A stretch of DNA of 64,000 bases from Phoronis australis (GCA_002633005.1 NMRA01000243.1:334387-398386), one strand, 5' to 3'. Positions 12,246 through 25,043 are shown, counted from the stretch's first letter. Translations and numbers: made by a program. The notes: generated by a model not told the origin, from the sequence alone.

Positions 12246-12790
12246 GGAGAAAATCTTTGGCTGATAATTTTTGAAAATGGCAAAAAGTTTTCAGAGGCTT
12301 TAGCCAATTTGGCTAATGCCTTTAAAAGTCGAGCGTGAGCCTATAGCTTCCCACAAATAATATAAGACCCAAGCGCTGTTCCCTGCCTCACTCAGGTGAC
12401 CGTGAGCTCACCAGAAGCAACTGGTATACAGAATTTCAAGCTGTTACATCCCATATACCAAGCGCTTGAGCAAAAATTTGGGTAGAAAACTTGCCTGGGC
12501 CACACCCCTCGCAAGGCTCCACCCAATAAGTGAGACTTCCCGCCCCGCCCCCTAGGCGAGTCGTTTCAGGTACCCCCCCAGATCGTTTTAAGTAAAACCC
12601 ACAGAATAGGATTTCCCAGCGCCGACACAATGACAGCAATAAAAAATCGTGAAACACACACTGGTTCACAACAAAAAATTGCATGCTAGCCTTCAGGTTA
12701 CGTTACAACCCACCTGACAAGTCTTGACGACTGACTCATCAAGAATTGCACGTCTCCGGAATCTCAAGAATTTTAAGTGAATTAACTTAC

Positions 12791-13132
12791 AGCAGCGTTT
12801 TCTTTTTCCTTTTGAAGAGACTTTCCTTGCTCAACGGACTCCTTCAGTTGTTTTACTTCTTCTTGAAGACTCGTAGCCTTGCCCTCACTTTCCTTCAATT
12901 TCCTCTCGGTCTCGGTGAGTTTACTGACGAGGTCGTCTTTACTTTTTTCGACAGTTAACAACTTCATATTGGACTGAACAACATTTTGTTTAACTGCTTT
13001 TAGTTCAACATTCAATTGGTTATTTGTTCTAGATGATGTCCAATACTGAAAACCGAGGATAAAAAGAACAACACACAAACCCACAGCAATATAATTTGGT
13101 GTGTTACGAGAAGACGGCCTCATGTCGGCCAT
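12791..13132 (-). CDS. GOLM1/GOLM2-like: GOLM1/GOLM2(CASC4)-like Golgi membrane protein, coding exon 1 (short cytosolic tail, TM helix, start of coiled coil)
   Basis: MADMRPSSRNTPNYIAVGLCVVLFILGFQYWTSSR resembles the GOLM1 N-terminus (..IIVLGFNYWIASSR..) and is followed by heptad-rich sequence. ATG at 13132 is in gtcATGG context, with an alternative in-frame ATG at 13153. Ends at donor GCT|GTAAGT, phase 0. Confidence 0.85.
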
Positions 13133-16034
13133 GACGGAGATCCACGTTAACATTGGTTAACGACGGAAGAGGTCGCTCTTTCAATCTCGACTGTTGATGA
13201 CAGTTCAGTGTAACAGGTGCTCCGAATATACAAAAGAACTCCAGTTCGATTACATCCCAGTGCCACCATAGACTACGGTCTATAATCTGTGGCCACCGTC
13301 TGCGCTGGCAGGGCGCAATTATGTTGAAGACGCATATAGTTGATGCGGGTGATAAATAAATTCAAACAATCAAAAACCATCTGTATTATTGGGTTCTGAC
13401 ACGATTTCTCGTAATTTTCTGTGGCGGGGGGAGGTGAACACTGAAGGCCGGCCATGCTCCCCACCCCCTAATTTTCCCAGATACCCGGCATTTGGGAGTT
13501 CGGAGTTCGGGGTGCGAATTGCTGAGTAGCATATGCGCGCACCCGGCAGGGGCTTCGGGGTGCGCATGCAACGGCAATAGGCCTATGCCAGTTGAACAAG
13601 CGGCCGTTTACCGTTTTTTTTTGTAAACCCAAAGATTCGAGATCCCTGCATCCCTACATTTTAGACTGGGCGCCCGCATGTGGCGAAATTCTTGTTATTT
13701 CTGTGCCCTGCCCCCCATAACTCAAAATCCTAGATCCGCCCCTGTCTGCAGATTTGTCTCATTCATATATTTACGCGTCTTTCTTCAGTACTTTTTGTTT
13801 TCGCGGAATGGACCCCAAGACTTAGAAATGGACCCCTCGGCGGAAAATCTGGGAAGGTGTGCATACAGTGGGCCCACTCAGAGTCAAGTGAAGGAAGACA
13901 ACGAGCAACTTAGTTGAATCAAGAGGTGGGTTCACAGGCGACAGAGTACCCAATGGTGAGATCCCCTTGTGGCACCGCGCCTGAAATCACTGTTGCCGCC
14001 GTGGCGGCCACGGCGTCCCTGACTATATATAAGGATTCATTTCTTTTCGTTTCTTTTCCGTGCCCACGCGTAATTTTCAATATTAATGCCTTGCTTTTAC
14101 GTTTAACTATCATAATGCATAAAAATATCTGTGTAAACCGTGACTGAGAATCGTTACTTTTTCCTACGTATAGGGCTCATGCGCCTATATCCGAAATATT
14201 GCGTTTATTCAAAGGTAAATTTTTACTCAGATGTTTCGTACTATAGGCGCATGTGCCTAACTACTGTTTCGCTTATCTGGCTCAGGCCGGTGTGTGTCCT
14301 TTGTCTGACAGATTCTTACCTTACCTAAGCACACTCTAGTCACTGTCTGTCTTTGATGCAAAACATTTGTAATACTCACTAAGTGTTTGGACACCTTTGA
14401 AGTTTTATGACTTGCGCACGAGTAGTATGAAACAGCTTGTGAGAACAGCTAACAGTCCTGACCCGCCCTTTTCCAGTCCTTGGCGTAACACGTTCGCTTT
14501 TTAATGTCTTTTTGAATGTTGTATTTCCTATTACGTACAAAAATGGACTAATTGGCTAGGGAATGACTGTGTAAATTGTGGTCTACCTGTACAAAATAAT
14601 TAAAAGCAAAACGAAACAAAAGCATTCTACTATAGAGACCGTTCACAATGGTCCGTCAGTGAGCGCCGACGAAGGCTTGGTCCTTATGCTTTTTGTATGT
14701 AGTCGGGAATGTTGACAGAACTTAAAGCGGCTAAAACCGGATTCATCGAAAAAAACGACATTTTTATTTAGACCAGGTTTACCTTTGTGAAATTGATTCC
14801 AAACTGTTCCCGATTTAGTGAAATTGGAGGTGCTAGATTTCTATACTTGGAGAACGAAAGAAATGACCGTTCGTTGTTGCTTGAGACCACGAATATGCTT
14901 CATCATCTTGAAAAGTGACTGAGATTCGTGAGAGTGAAATTTTGTCTTACGCTCTCACGTCACAATAATTTCGTAATAAAGGTTTAGTCAAGTAATTGTG
15001 AGTGCGTAACACTAGGTACAGAAGTAATGTAGAGAAATTATCTCAGTGTAACTGAAATAATGTAGAGAAATTATCTCAGTGTAACTGAAAGTGAGGTTGG
15101 CTTATGTATGTGTATAATCTCTGAGACTTTTCAAGTTCACTCAAATTGAGATATATTTTTCAATAGTAATGTGGAGCGTAAGAGCGAATTTCTGACTTAA
15201 AAAATCACAGTTCACTTTTCAGACCCTCAGCCCATCCAGTGTTTTGCCGCGAAGTGTCAACTAAAGTTATGGGCCTATCATCATGGGTCTCGAAGATTAC
15301 GAACTATCAGTTCTTTGCACCCAGAAATCACTCCTTGAGTTATTCAAATAAATAACAAGTTGACACGAATTTTATAGCGGTAAGAGTTTTCAATCAAAAT
15401 TTTTCTTCTTGGACGGAACGCGGGATTATAGCCGGTGCCTTTTACATTTAAACGCTGTTTCCATAGTTGAAAATACGGTAACACCCAACAGTGACTCTAT
15501 ATGTAGCAACTAAACGGAAGCAGACCGGTTAAGTGAACTTCATTAAATTTTATTTCACCCACCTTTGGCCTTCGAGATAGACAACTTGCCTTTCGTGTTT
15601 GTTTAGAGGTAAGGAGATTGAATGTGCATTTTTAATTCGCGAAAATTAATCTCGAAGAGACTCCGCCATTTTGTTCGTATTGGCTCTCTAATAAGTATTG
15701 CAATGAAAATGCCATAGAGGTCGTCGTCGAACAGTAAAAAGTAATTTCAAATAAAATGTATCAACTGTGAATTAATTTATGGTGTACCTAAATGTATAAC
15801 TGTTTTGTAAAGCGGGTATCACAAAGATATAGTAGATACTTCCACTTTGTCGGGAATGCTAAGGCGAAGATGCAAAAAGTACGCTCGGACGAAAACGGGG
15901 AATACTGAACAAAACACATAACAAAAATTTCTGAAAGTTTTTCACTGGAGCTGGCTTTAAACTATGTAAATCGTTAATATACTTTTGTGAAAGCTGTCGT
16001 AAACTAGCGGGCATCAGAAAGTTCAAATTATTAA

Positions 16035-17050
16035 AAAATAAAAATCCTGTTTTGTAAATTCATTGCTTACTAACAAGTTCAATCCTATTTAAATTAAAAA
16101 TCAATATTATTTAGGAAAATTAAATCCAGTTGTATAAATTCAATCCTGTTTTACAGATTCAATCCTGTTTTAGATTTTCTATCTTATTTTAGAAATTCTG
16201 CCCTATTTAAGAGATTCAGTCCTAATTTCATAATTTAATCTTATTTTGTACCGTCGCCTGACCGTCGATGGAAAGATGCTACAAGTCTTAGGCTACTTGT
16301 TAAAAAATCAAGGTCTGGGAACGCAAATTCCTTGAAATCACCCTTTATTCACTATATAAAAGCTGAGAGTATGGTCCTAATGAAACACGATTATCCTAGA
16401 ACAGTCTCGCACTAGCGACTTGTTCATGGATTCTCTTCTAACCACTGGTCAGCAAAGATGCTTATATTTTCTAGCTGAAACATAAATATCGTTGTCATCA
16501 GTTCACCAAGGGGCGCGCAGCACGGCCCGTGAGGTCTGCTGCATTCTTGTTGTCGATAAAATACGAGGTGAACATGACATCAGTACCAGAAAATTGACCA
16601 AAGCCGCTTTCATCTACCCCTACCAGGAACAGGTATTCCTTTTATGAAACAGTCATGTGGAAAATTGCCAAATTAGAGGTCAAGTACGTGGGTCTATTTA
16701 CAATGAATAGCCACGATGACTTCAAGCTGGCAGACACTGGTTCTTTTAGTTTTGTTAAGCACCGACAGGATTGAATTCGCGAAAATAAGACCGATTTGTT
16801 TCGTAGCATTTGTTGTTAGCCTTTTTAATCGCCCACAATATTAAATCCCCGAAACCCACTGGATTCGCTTCAGTCAGTATTGATTGAATTGCATAACCTG
16901 ACATGATTAAAGTTATAAAATAGGATTGAATTCATAAATTAGGATTGAATTTTTGAAATGAGACCGATTTTCTGAAATAAGATTGAATACCTATAACAGG
17001 ATTTAAGTTATACAATTGGATTGGAATTTTCAAAATAGGATTTTTATTTT
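16035..17050. mobile_element. ~1 kb foldback-type element with arrays of ~20-bp subterminal repeats
   Basis: Terminal aaaataaaaatcctgttttg / caaaataggatttttatttt. Left array of ttcaatcctgtttt units mirrors a right array of aaataggattgaa units. Confidence 0.7.
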
Positions 17051-17575
17051 ATGTAAGATTGATAACATTGAATTTAAGAAACAGTGGGACGTGTGTGCCA
17101 TCATAGATACTCGTTTAATAGTCTATGGTGCCATCTTTAGGACCTTACCGACGGTAGCGACACTAGAGTCCGTTACTGTTAGCCAGAAGCAGGACTCCGT
17201 GTACAGATTACGGTGAGATACGCACATCTCTCAGTAGGGCTTACTTGCTGTAGCTGAGCGCAAAGGAAAGTGCTTACTGGTGATCAAAATGAAAACGTCA
17301 ACAGCGTCATTTTTGACATCAGTATATCACCGAAGAGGCCAAGTGGCAAACAGAAATTGAGTGTCAGTGGGTTTACCACACAAAAATATTTGGATGTCCA
17401 CATTAAATTTGCACCAGTAGACAAGTACTTTTTAAAAAAAAGTAGATAAAGAAGCTAACAGATGCCATGAATTTTGTCTGGCGTTACGAAAGGTATATAA
17501 TATTAATTTGGAGGAAATGAGGTGAAAACTTAACAAATTACCAACAATTGCTGATCTGAAATTTTGTGTGTCATT

Positions 17576-17581
17576 TTTATT
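17576..17581 (-). promoter_or_regulatory. Candidate distal polyadenylation signal for Ssdp (implies a ~4.6 kb 3' UTR)
   Basis: AATAAA on - strand followed ~25-45 nt later by GU-rich ttgttggtaatttgtt. Region 17580-22220 has no recognisable TE fragments, unlike the flanking 13600-17100. Confidence 0.45.
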
Positions 17582-20500
17582 GCATTCACTATAGAGGGGA
17601 TGTATAATTAGAATTCTTCATACAAACAACACATTCGTTTTGTAAATAACTTTTAAATTATATTACTCTGGTGTCTACAATGATCAGAGGTCACTAACTA
17701 GAACTATTACAAGAGCCAAAGAACAACAAATAATGAGACAATAATTTACATAATCGCTCACGCGACACCTGTGGGTAGCCACGTGGAACACTTAGATCTA
17801 ACCCCCCCTCCCGAACACCCGAGTTGTGGCACAAGTCATAGAAAATGATTAAAGCTGTATAAACCACTGACTGTTCTTTAATCAGAATGTCTAATTAAAA
17901 GTCACAAACGAAGCAACAACCTTAACTACTAAATATCTTCAATCTAAAATCAACTACCATGTCGGCTCAGAAATAAGCCTGCATCCCGTATCAACACACT
18001 CCCTTTTTCTTCACAATCCACGCCAAACCAACCTCTCCTCGTGCATCTACCATTGCTAGGCATGCTAGCCCAAAGCAGTCTAGGAACAAAGATCCCAAAT
18101 ACCCTGCATTTATGGCTTATGCGCGAACGTTCGATAGAAGCACGTGGGCTTACCCAGGAATTTACATTACAACCCATGAATGTCCAACAAAAGTCTACAC
18201 AGGTATAAGACCACCCCCTGTTTTTAGAGGTCCCACACAACAAGCCTGTGGCCTTATTTATTCACGGGCGGACATGGTAATCGTCTTCAAACAGAGCATG
18301 TGCTCAACTAAATTGGGATGTGCTGCTAGAAAATGGGCGACTGGATATTCACTGGGCAGTGCTGACGAAAACTGGGTGCTCATTTTACGATCAGAGACAG
18401 AGAACAAAAGATGTCCAACAACATGACATTCGCAGTTTAATGGACCCATGTGACTACTTGAATGCTTGCATTTTCACAGATACGATCGCCATCTGACTGG
18501 AGGGGGGAGGGGCGACCTAGAGAATATCCAGCTTCTCACTGATATAACCACCACACAGTGGATTACTTACAGCCCGTGAAATACACCCAAACAGTGTAAC
18601 AAGTCTCCCATAACATAACCACTTAGCCTAAAATGGACACTACGATTTTCCCTAAAAATAGCAATATTTTGCGGCACTTCCTGTTTTCGTGAGTAACCTT
18701 CAGGCCCAAATGAGAAACACGAACAGTTGCAACAGCTATATGGGCCTAGAGCTCTACAAGTGGTTTATGTAAAACAGCCCTACAATTCTAGGAGAAACAT
18801 AACGTGTGTCAAAAAGACATTCGATTCATTTCTATGACAAGTGGCAAAACAACAGGCCGAAGAAATACAAAACAACTACCGCAGCAATTATAAATAATGA
18901 TAACCTTATCATAAAATTAAATATATTAATTTAAAAGTCGCTTTATACATGCACGAATGGGCGGGTCTATCTTACAGAGCATTTGCCAAGTGACCAACAC
19001 ACACCTCAAGGTAACACCTTGTGAACTAGATAAAGTGGACGTACAGCGACACCTTTTGGTTGCTCTCAACCAAATTCCATCCAGGCTTTCTTTGTGCAAC
19101 TACAAAACAGTACCTGAAGCCTACCACGATCTTTACACACACATTGAACTGATGATTGAATATTTACACAGAAATCCCGTCGTCTTAAAACTTTGTACAG
19201 TGTCGATATAAAAATCGGCCAACTAAAGCAACAACGGCCTACATCAGGAATAAATAACACAAACTCGTGGATACTCAGACCAAGAGCCTAGGTCAACACC
19301 TTATCAGGGAACGTAAGACATGGCTTGCTGTATTTTTACATGAGATATGCATACTCATCCATTAACATTGTACACATCTTACAAATCTCATAGCAATTAT
19401 TACTGTTGCACATGTTGAATTGGTGGACGATAACACAGTACCTCCATTCAAAAGCAGCTCGCTCAAAACAAGCGCGTAAAAGCCATTTCTACAGAAAAAT
19501 ATTAAAAACCTATCTCTAAATCTTGACAAATTTCATAAAACCAATGTAATACTTTTGCAATATCGCAGGAACGGAAAATGTTGAAACAGATCCGCACTGA
19601 CTTGGTAATGCACAGATAACGGCAAGTTGTACATATTGGGGTCCTTAAGTAGTTTGCAAAGTGAACACTAGGTAGCACCTTTTAAGAGCAGTTCACCGGA
19701 AAAACACATGAATCCAATGCAGTGGGTGCGCAGACTACTACTGTCCTTTAGGACATAACAGTTTACCCGGACACAGTGGGGAATCAACACTAAGGTGAGA
19801 ACAGCAATGAACACCTTCAAAATCTTAATAAAGTAGAAAGATTTAGAAAGGGTTTCGTGTTGTTTACTTGATAACTAAAGACGTTGAGAAAATAGTTCGA
19901 TGTTTCTTAAGGTGGTAAGTTTGAAACCATTCGTTATGTCAAACATTCTCTACAACTGCAAAGCAAATTCTATTGCACGTCAAATGCTATTATGTGGAGT
20001 AGATGGGTAAAATTATTGAGTGCACTAAACATCCACACATCGACCTCCTGAGATATGGTAATTTGCCATTTTGCAGAAAAACAATCACCAAAACTATGGT
20101 ATATTGATGAACTTAATGAAAGGAATGTAGAGTGTCGTTTCGGTAATATGACTATTGCCTTGAGACACACCATTTTACACAACTGTTTCGATTTATCTTA
20201 CGCTAGTCACAAAACATCCAATCATGATTAAATAAAACACGTTTTGACATGAAAGACACTTCTCGTTTTCAATGGTCTGGTTACACTGTGGTCAGACTGG
20301 AGCTCAGAGGTGTTGTTTTTGGCTTGAAAAAGTTGACCAGGTGATACAGCACCAAATGTAACAATAAAATTTCAATAAGTACAAATAATTGAAACTTTAT
20401 CACAAGTTATCCCATGATAACAGCACAGTTAAACTAAGAAAATGGTGAAGTAAAACCTTCATAATGTCAATTATCTTTGACAATGTAAAATTCTATGAAC

Positions 20501-22221
20501 CGCCACAAAGTGTACTGTCAGAATAAGTAAAGAGCAATAAACGTAAAATTGACGAAGGACTCCCCACTGTGTTCACTGTACTGCTGGGAGGAACTACATA
20601 CACATGGGCCCGCTAATCTCCGAACTCAGATCATCGAAACCGTCAGCGACTCAAGAAAATATTTCAGTTTACTGGGGTTAGCCAACTCTAAAATGGAAAT
20701 TCAAAAATGGCCCATGTTCGCATTGCTCGTGACTTGGGTTGGTGACGGAAATAGAATCCCATCATGATGAGGAATATTAGGAGACTAACTTGAAGAAAGT
20801 AAAACGCCCAATTTGAATTGTCTTTTGCCATTTAAACAGGGCGAAATGTATTTTCAATAAATCACATCACGTAAAAAGTTGTATGTTGTCATTGGTCACA
20901 TTTCGGCTCAAGTTTCCAGTACAGAGATTAAACCTGGGCCCTAATTGGTCCAACTACGTCACACGGGGCTTGTTTTTCGAAAAGTATATTGGCTTTTGTC
21001 TTTCCGCTAAAAACCAGTCTAATAATGGCTTAACCTGTTTCATGAAAATCTGACTGAGGCTTGAAGTCAGAAAATTTGTCTACAATTTGAAATCAAGACG
21101 CAGAAATCCACAGTCTACTCGACTACATAGAAGACATTTCAAGAAATGCGTAAGAGAAAAAAATCAACTTTGGGCCATTCCTAGTAAGATTTTTGACTTT
21201 GGTCCCAAGCCAAAAGACAATACTTCTCGACAAACAGGCGCCAGACGCAACTTTTCATTTTCCGGCCACCCAAACACGATCGTTGGCACAACAATGCAAG
21301 ATTATCATCACTTCCAAATAAAACAATAAATAGGTACGAATACAGGCACACAGGATAGTCAGGACTCGGTATTGCTCAATGATTGCTGGCCAAGTGCAAA
21401 ATACTTAGTTAACAGTGGCATATGGACCTTCTGGCACAAATCCAAAAGAGTGCTAATTTCAGTTCAATTAATGACAGAAATTGAAAAACTGCACCTATAA
21501 TATTGCTTGAACAAAGCATTGGCAAAGCCGTATCGTATAATACTTAGAGTAACCTCTGAATGAAAAGTTAATCGGAATAATTTTGAAGACGGCAATAAGC
21601 CAATTAAAAACAACAGAGGCTTCACGAGCCAATCAAAGTCCATGAGGAAAGCATGGAATCCCTCTCTGTAGAAGCTGGATTTGCAAATGGCCACGATAAA
21701 AACCTTGCTGACAGAATGTCATATTAAAAGTATTTACAGGCTAGGCTGGGCATAGAGCCATCTGCTGGCAGAATGAATGGTGACACAGCTTTTACCAGGC
21801 AACGTGACACCTACACTAGAATATTCATACGACAGACAAAAAATTGTGCCTTTGGTATCGAGGGATTTCTAGTAACCAATACAACACCAAAAATCCTTGT
21901 TATGAGTTCATGGTTCAGCACCACTAACAACCAGAAGAAAACTTAACCACTTTATATAACAGACCAGTAAAAAAAACTGGCAAGTGTCTGAAACAAGGCT
22001 GTTCAATAACATTTCCCATCGTAAAATAGCTGTGAGATCTCCAACAATACCGAATGCCTTTAATACTGCTGTGCCACTAGTTCACAATACCACCCCTAGG
22101 TGGCTACTGCCTGTGATGGCACTGCCCAACCTGTACATTGAGATGATAAATAAAGGATTATTTACAATGGCGGTAAACTGTACAGAGACAGACAGACAGA
22201 CAGACCGGCGATCTCCCGCTA

Positions 22222-22332
22222 TCATGGTATGAAGCCGTAGTCGCTGGGGTGATCAGCATCCTTTTCGAACTGTTTGGCCTCGGCCTGCATACTTTCTTTA
22301 ATTTTCAAGATGGCCGCTGACTCGCCCGAGTC
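22222..22332 (-). CDS. SSBP3: Ssdp last coding exon (DSGESAAILKIKESMQAEAKQFEKDADHPSDYGFIP*)
   Basis: Acceptor acttttctag|. ESAAILKIKESMQ.EAK.FEKD.DHP is the C-terminus of invertebrate (Drosophila-type) Ssdp. Double stop TGA TAG. Confidence 0.93.
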   Translation of the reverse strand, partial: DSGESAAILKIKESMQAEAKQFEKDADHPSDYGFIP

Positions 22333-23053
22333 CTAGAAAAGTTGCATTTATATGTGGTTTTAATTACTGTTACATACGTTGGCAGTTCATTTAAAAAGCA
22401 ACAAATGAAAGGGTGAACAGGGCAAACATACAAGCTAAACATGAACAATCGTGTAAATTAAAGGCCTTTGCGCAACCAAGGGAAATGTGCCCGTGCCTTC
22501 TGATGGGGAATTTTTTTGTTGGATGGAAACTCCCCCCCCCCCCCGGGTCACAATTAATCCTCCCCTTAGCCATGTCTCATCTGCTCTCCCTCAAATAGCC
22601 AAAACTGAAGCCTAGTACACAAGTTAGAGCAAACAACAAGAATGAGTTTTTTCTTGAAAATGGATCAGCTGCCCCTCCTCCCCCATCACCACCCTTTATT
22701 GGTAATGCTTCATGTAGCCAAAAGTTCCTGTGATATGAGAATGCAGACATTTCTACACAATGATTCCTTGCATCACATGAAACGTCAAGCCAGTTTTTGA
22801 GTTCCTGATTAAATAAATATACCACCAATATGTGGAAACCGTCACGCAAAACGAATTTCACAAAATAAGACCAAACTATGCTTTCCGGGAAAAACAGTCG
22901 TGTTACGGCAAATAATGGTGATCTCAGAAGAAAACAATACCATACCATACTTATTACGATAGTCATATTCATAACATAAACCTCTTACAATCATGTACTT
23001 ATTTCTATAATTTTCTACTCAAGAAACGTCTCAACAGGAAGTCTACTCTTTAG

Positions 23054-23202
23054 TACTGATAAAGAATTGTGAATTGAATCGTTTCAACTGGATTTACTTG
23101 ATAAAAATGTCCTTTATCAAGCAAGTCCAGTTGAAATAATTCAATTTACTCCTTAACCGATATGGCTGGATGGATAAAAAATTGCATTTCATTACTGATA
23201 AA
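23054..23202. mobile_element. Fold-back insertion with 10-bp direct repeats, resembling a Penelope-like element end
   Basis: tactgataaa at 23054 and 23193. ~37-bp inverted arms (ttcaactggatttacttgataaa / tttatcaagcaagtccagttgaa) plus an unpaired tail atatggctggatggataaaaaattgcat. Confidence 0.55.
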
Positions 23203-23411
23203 TAGCACAAAATTAAAAATAGCATTACCAAAATTACGGCACGCTTGCGATATACAGCTGTCCAAAACTTTACAAAAGATACAATTTTTCTTGAAACAAT
23301 GCTTCAACTAGATTATCAAATCAAGAGTCTCCTTTCTGGCCACTGTTGTCGACTAAGTGATTAAATGTCTCAACACAACTTTACCCTGGGCTCCACAGCC
23401 CCACTACGTAC

Positions 23412-23618
23412 AGGGTTTACACCGTGGTCACCGGGAAATGAGGGATTATAATTGGCCATGTCGCTAGCGCTACTTAGAGGCATGTTTTCTTGAGGTGTTC
23501 CGGGTCCGTTGGCTGGTGAATGTTTTATACTGTCCATCACCTCTCCGTTCATTACATTTGGCGGCATACCATCTGGTCCCATTGGGGGCATTTGACCGTC
23601 AGGGCCCATAGGTGGATA
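23412..23618 (-). CDS. SSBP3: Ssdp penultimate exon (YPPMGPDGQMPPMGPDGMPPNVMNGEVMDSIKHSPANGPGTPQE...GVNP)
   Basis: Acceptor ctattctttcag|, donor |GTACGT (an alternative in-frame donor ends the exon at 23385). K.SPANGPGTP motif. Confidence 0.9.
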
Positions 23619-23737
23619 CTGAAAGAATAGACGTCGCTTTACTATGTGTAACTTACTCGTCAGATAGTTGTTTTAAAAAAAGTTAACAAAGTCTCTCCTC
23701 AACAAAAATTGGCAAAATTTCCAAGCAAAATTTCAAA

Positions 23738-24688
23738 TGAAAGCGCTCCGAGGAGCGAACCTTGGCGAAATTAACCAAAAAGATGACGATAAAGATGATG
23801 ACAAAGATGACGAATATGACGACGATGGTGAAAAAAAGAAGTATTAATAACATACACATGGCGAACGTAGAGGTCCGAAATCAGTAAGAAAAAGGTTACA
23901 GTCTTGTGCGACACTTGGCGAAATTAACGGAAAAGACAACGACGGAGATGATGACGAAGATGACGAAGATGATGACGAATATGATGATGGTGGTGGCGAT
24001 GATGAACAACATCACAACATTCATATGACGAACTTAGATGTCATAAATCAATAAGAAATAGGNNNNNNNNNNNNNNNNNNNNNNNNNNNNNNNNNNNNNN
24101 NNNNNNNNNNNNNNNNNNNNNNNNNNNNNNNNNNNNNNNNNNNNNNNNNNNNNNNNNNNNNNNNNNNNNNNNNNNNNNNNNNNNNNNNNNNNNNNNNNNN
24201 NNNNNNNNNNNNNNNNNNNNNNNNNNNNNNNNNNNNNNNNNNNNNNNNNNNNNNNNNNNNNNNNNNNNNNNNNNNNNNNNNNNNNNNNNNNNNNNNNNNN
24301 NNNNNNNNNNNNNNNNNNNNNNNNNNNNNNNNNNNNNNNNNNNNNNNNNNNNNNNNNNNNNNNNNNNNNNNNNNNNNNNNNNNNNNNNNNNNNNNNNNNN
24401 NNNNNNNNNNNNNNNNNNNNNNNNNNNNNNNNNNNNNNNNNNNNNNNNNNNNNNNNNNNNNNNNNNNNNNNNNNNNNNNNNNNNNNNNNNNNNNNNNNNN
24501 NNNNNNNNNNNNNNNNNNNNNNNNNNNNNNNNNNNNNNNNNNNNNNNNNNNNNNNNNNNNNNNNNNNNNNNNNNNNNNNNNNNNNNNNNNNNNNNNNNNN
24601 NNNNNNNNNNNNNNNNNNNNNNNNNNNNNNNNNNNNNNNNNNNNNNNNNNNNNNNNNNNNNNNNNNNNNNNNNNNNNNNNNNNNNNNN

Positions 24689-24720
<32 letters not shown>

Positions 24721-24766
24721 TAGTGGAAGAGCAACATACTTGGCGAAATAAATTTCGCCAAGTAAT
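23738..24766. mobile_element. Helentron-associated (HINE-like) element spanning an assembly gap
   Basis: 5' hairpin cgctcc-ga-ggagcg. Subterminal cttggcgaaat with 3' palindrome tacttggcgaaat-aa-atttcgccaagta. Internal ~150-bp repeats with GAT/GAC microsatellite. Confidence 0.6.
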
Positions 24767-24984
24767 GATTTAGTGCTATTTTCATCATCTTTCGATAAAA
24801 AAGCATTTCAACAAAATTCATCAACTTTTTTGAAAATTGACAAACCAATCAAACGTTGACGCCAATGAATTGATACAAAGGGATTGACAGGCTCATCACT
24901 TTACGCACCGAATGCAAGATGTTAATGCTAAAGAAAGTTAGATTTGAATGCTAGATGGCGACACTAGTCGTCACACATGCTTAC

Positions 24985-25043
24985 CGCTGGCATTCCAGGC
25001 ATATTGGGTTTCATCATGGGATACATATCGCTCGAACTCGAGT
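24985..25043 (-). CDS. SSBP3: Ssdp exon (DSSSSDMYPMMKPNMPGMPA)
   Basis: Acceptor tttttgttgcag|, donor |GTAAGC, phase 1->0. DS...D.Y.MM motif. Confidence 0.88.

Noticed and set aside
14721-15960. TTAA-bounded, Kolobok/piggyBac-like ends (also ~42461, ~43813, ~59027, ~63393)
   Set aside because: Could not pair left and right termini reliably by eye.
18100-21860. 7-mer seed matches for miR-1, miR-9, miR-10, miR-29, miR-96 and miR-133 in the putative UTR
   Set aside because: The number is about what chance gives in 4.6 kb.
24689-24718. 30-nt poly(A) run, possible retrocopy tail
   Set aside because: Abuts an assembly gap and sits in the microsatellite position of a HINE-like element.
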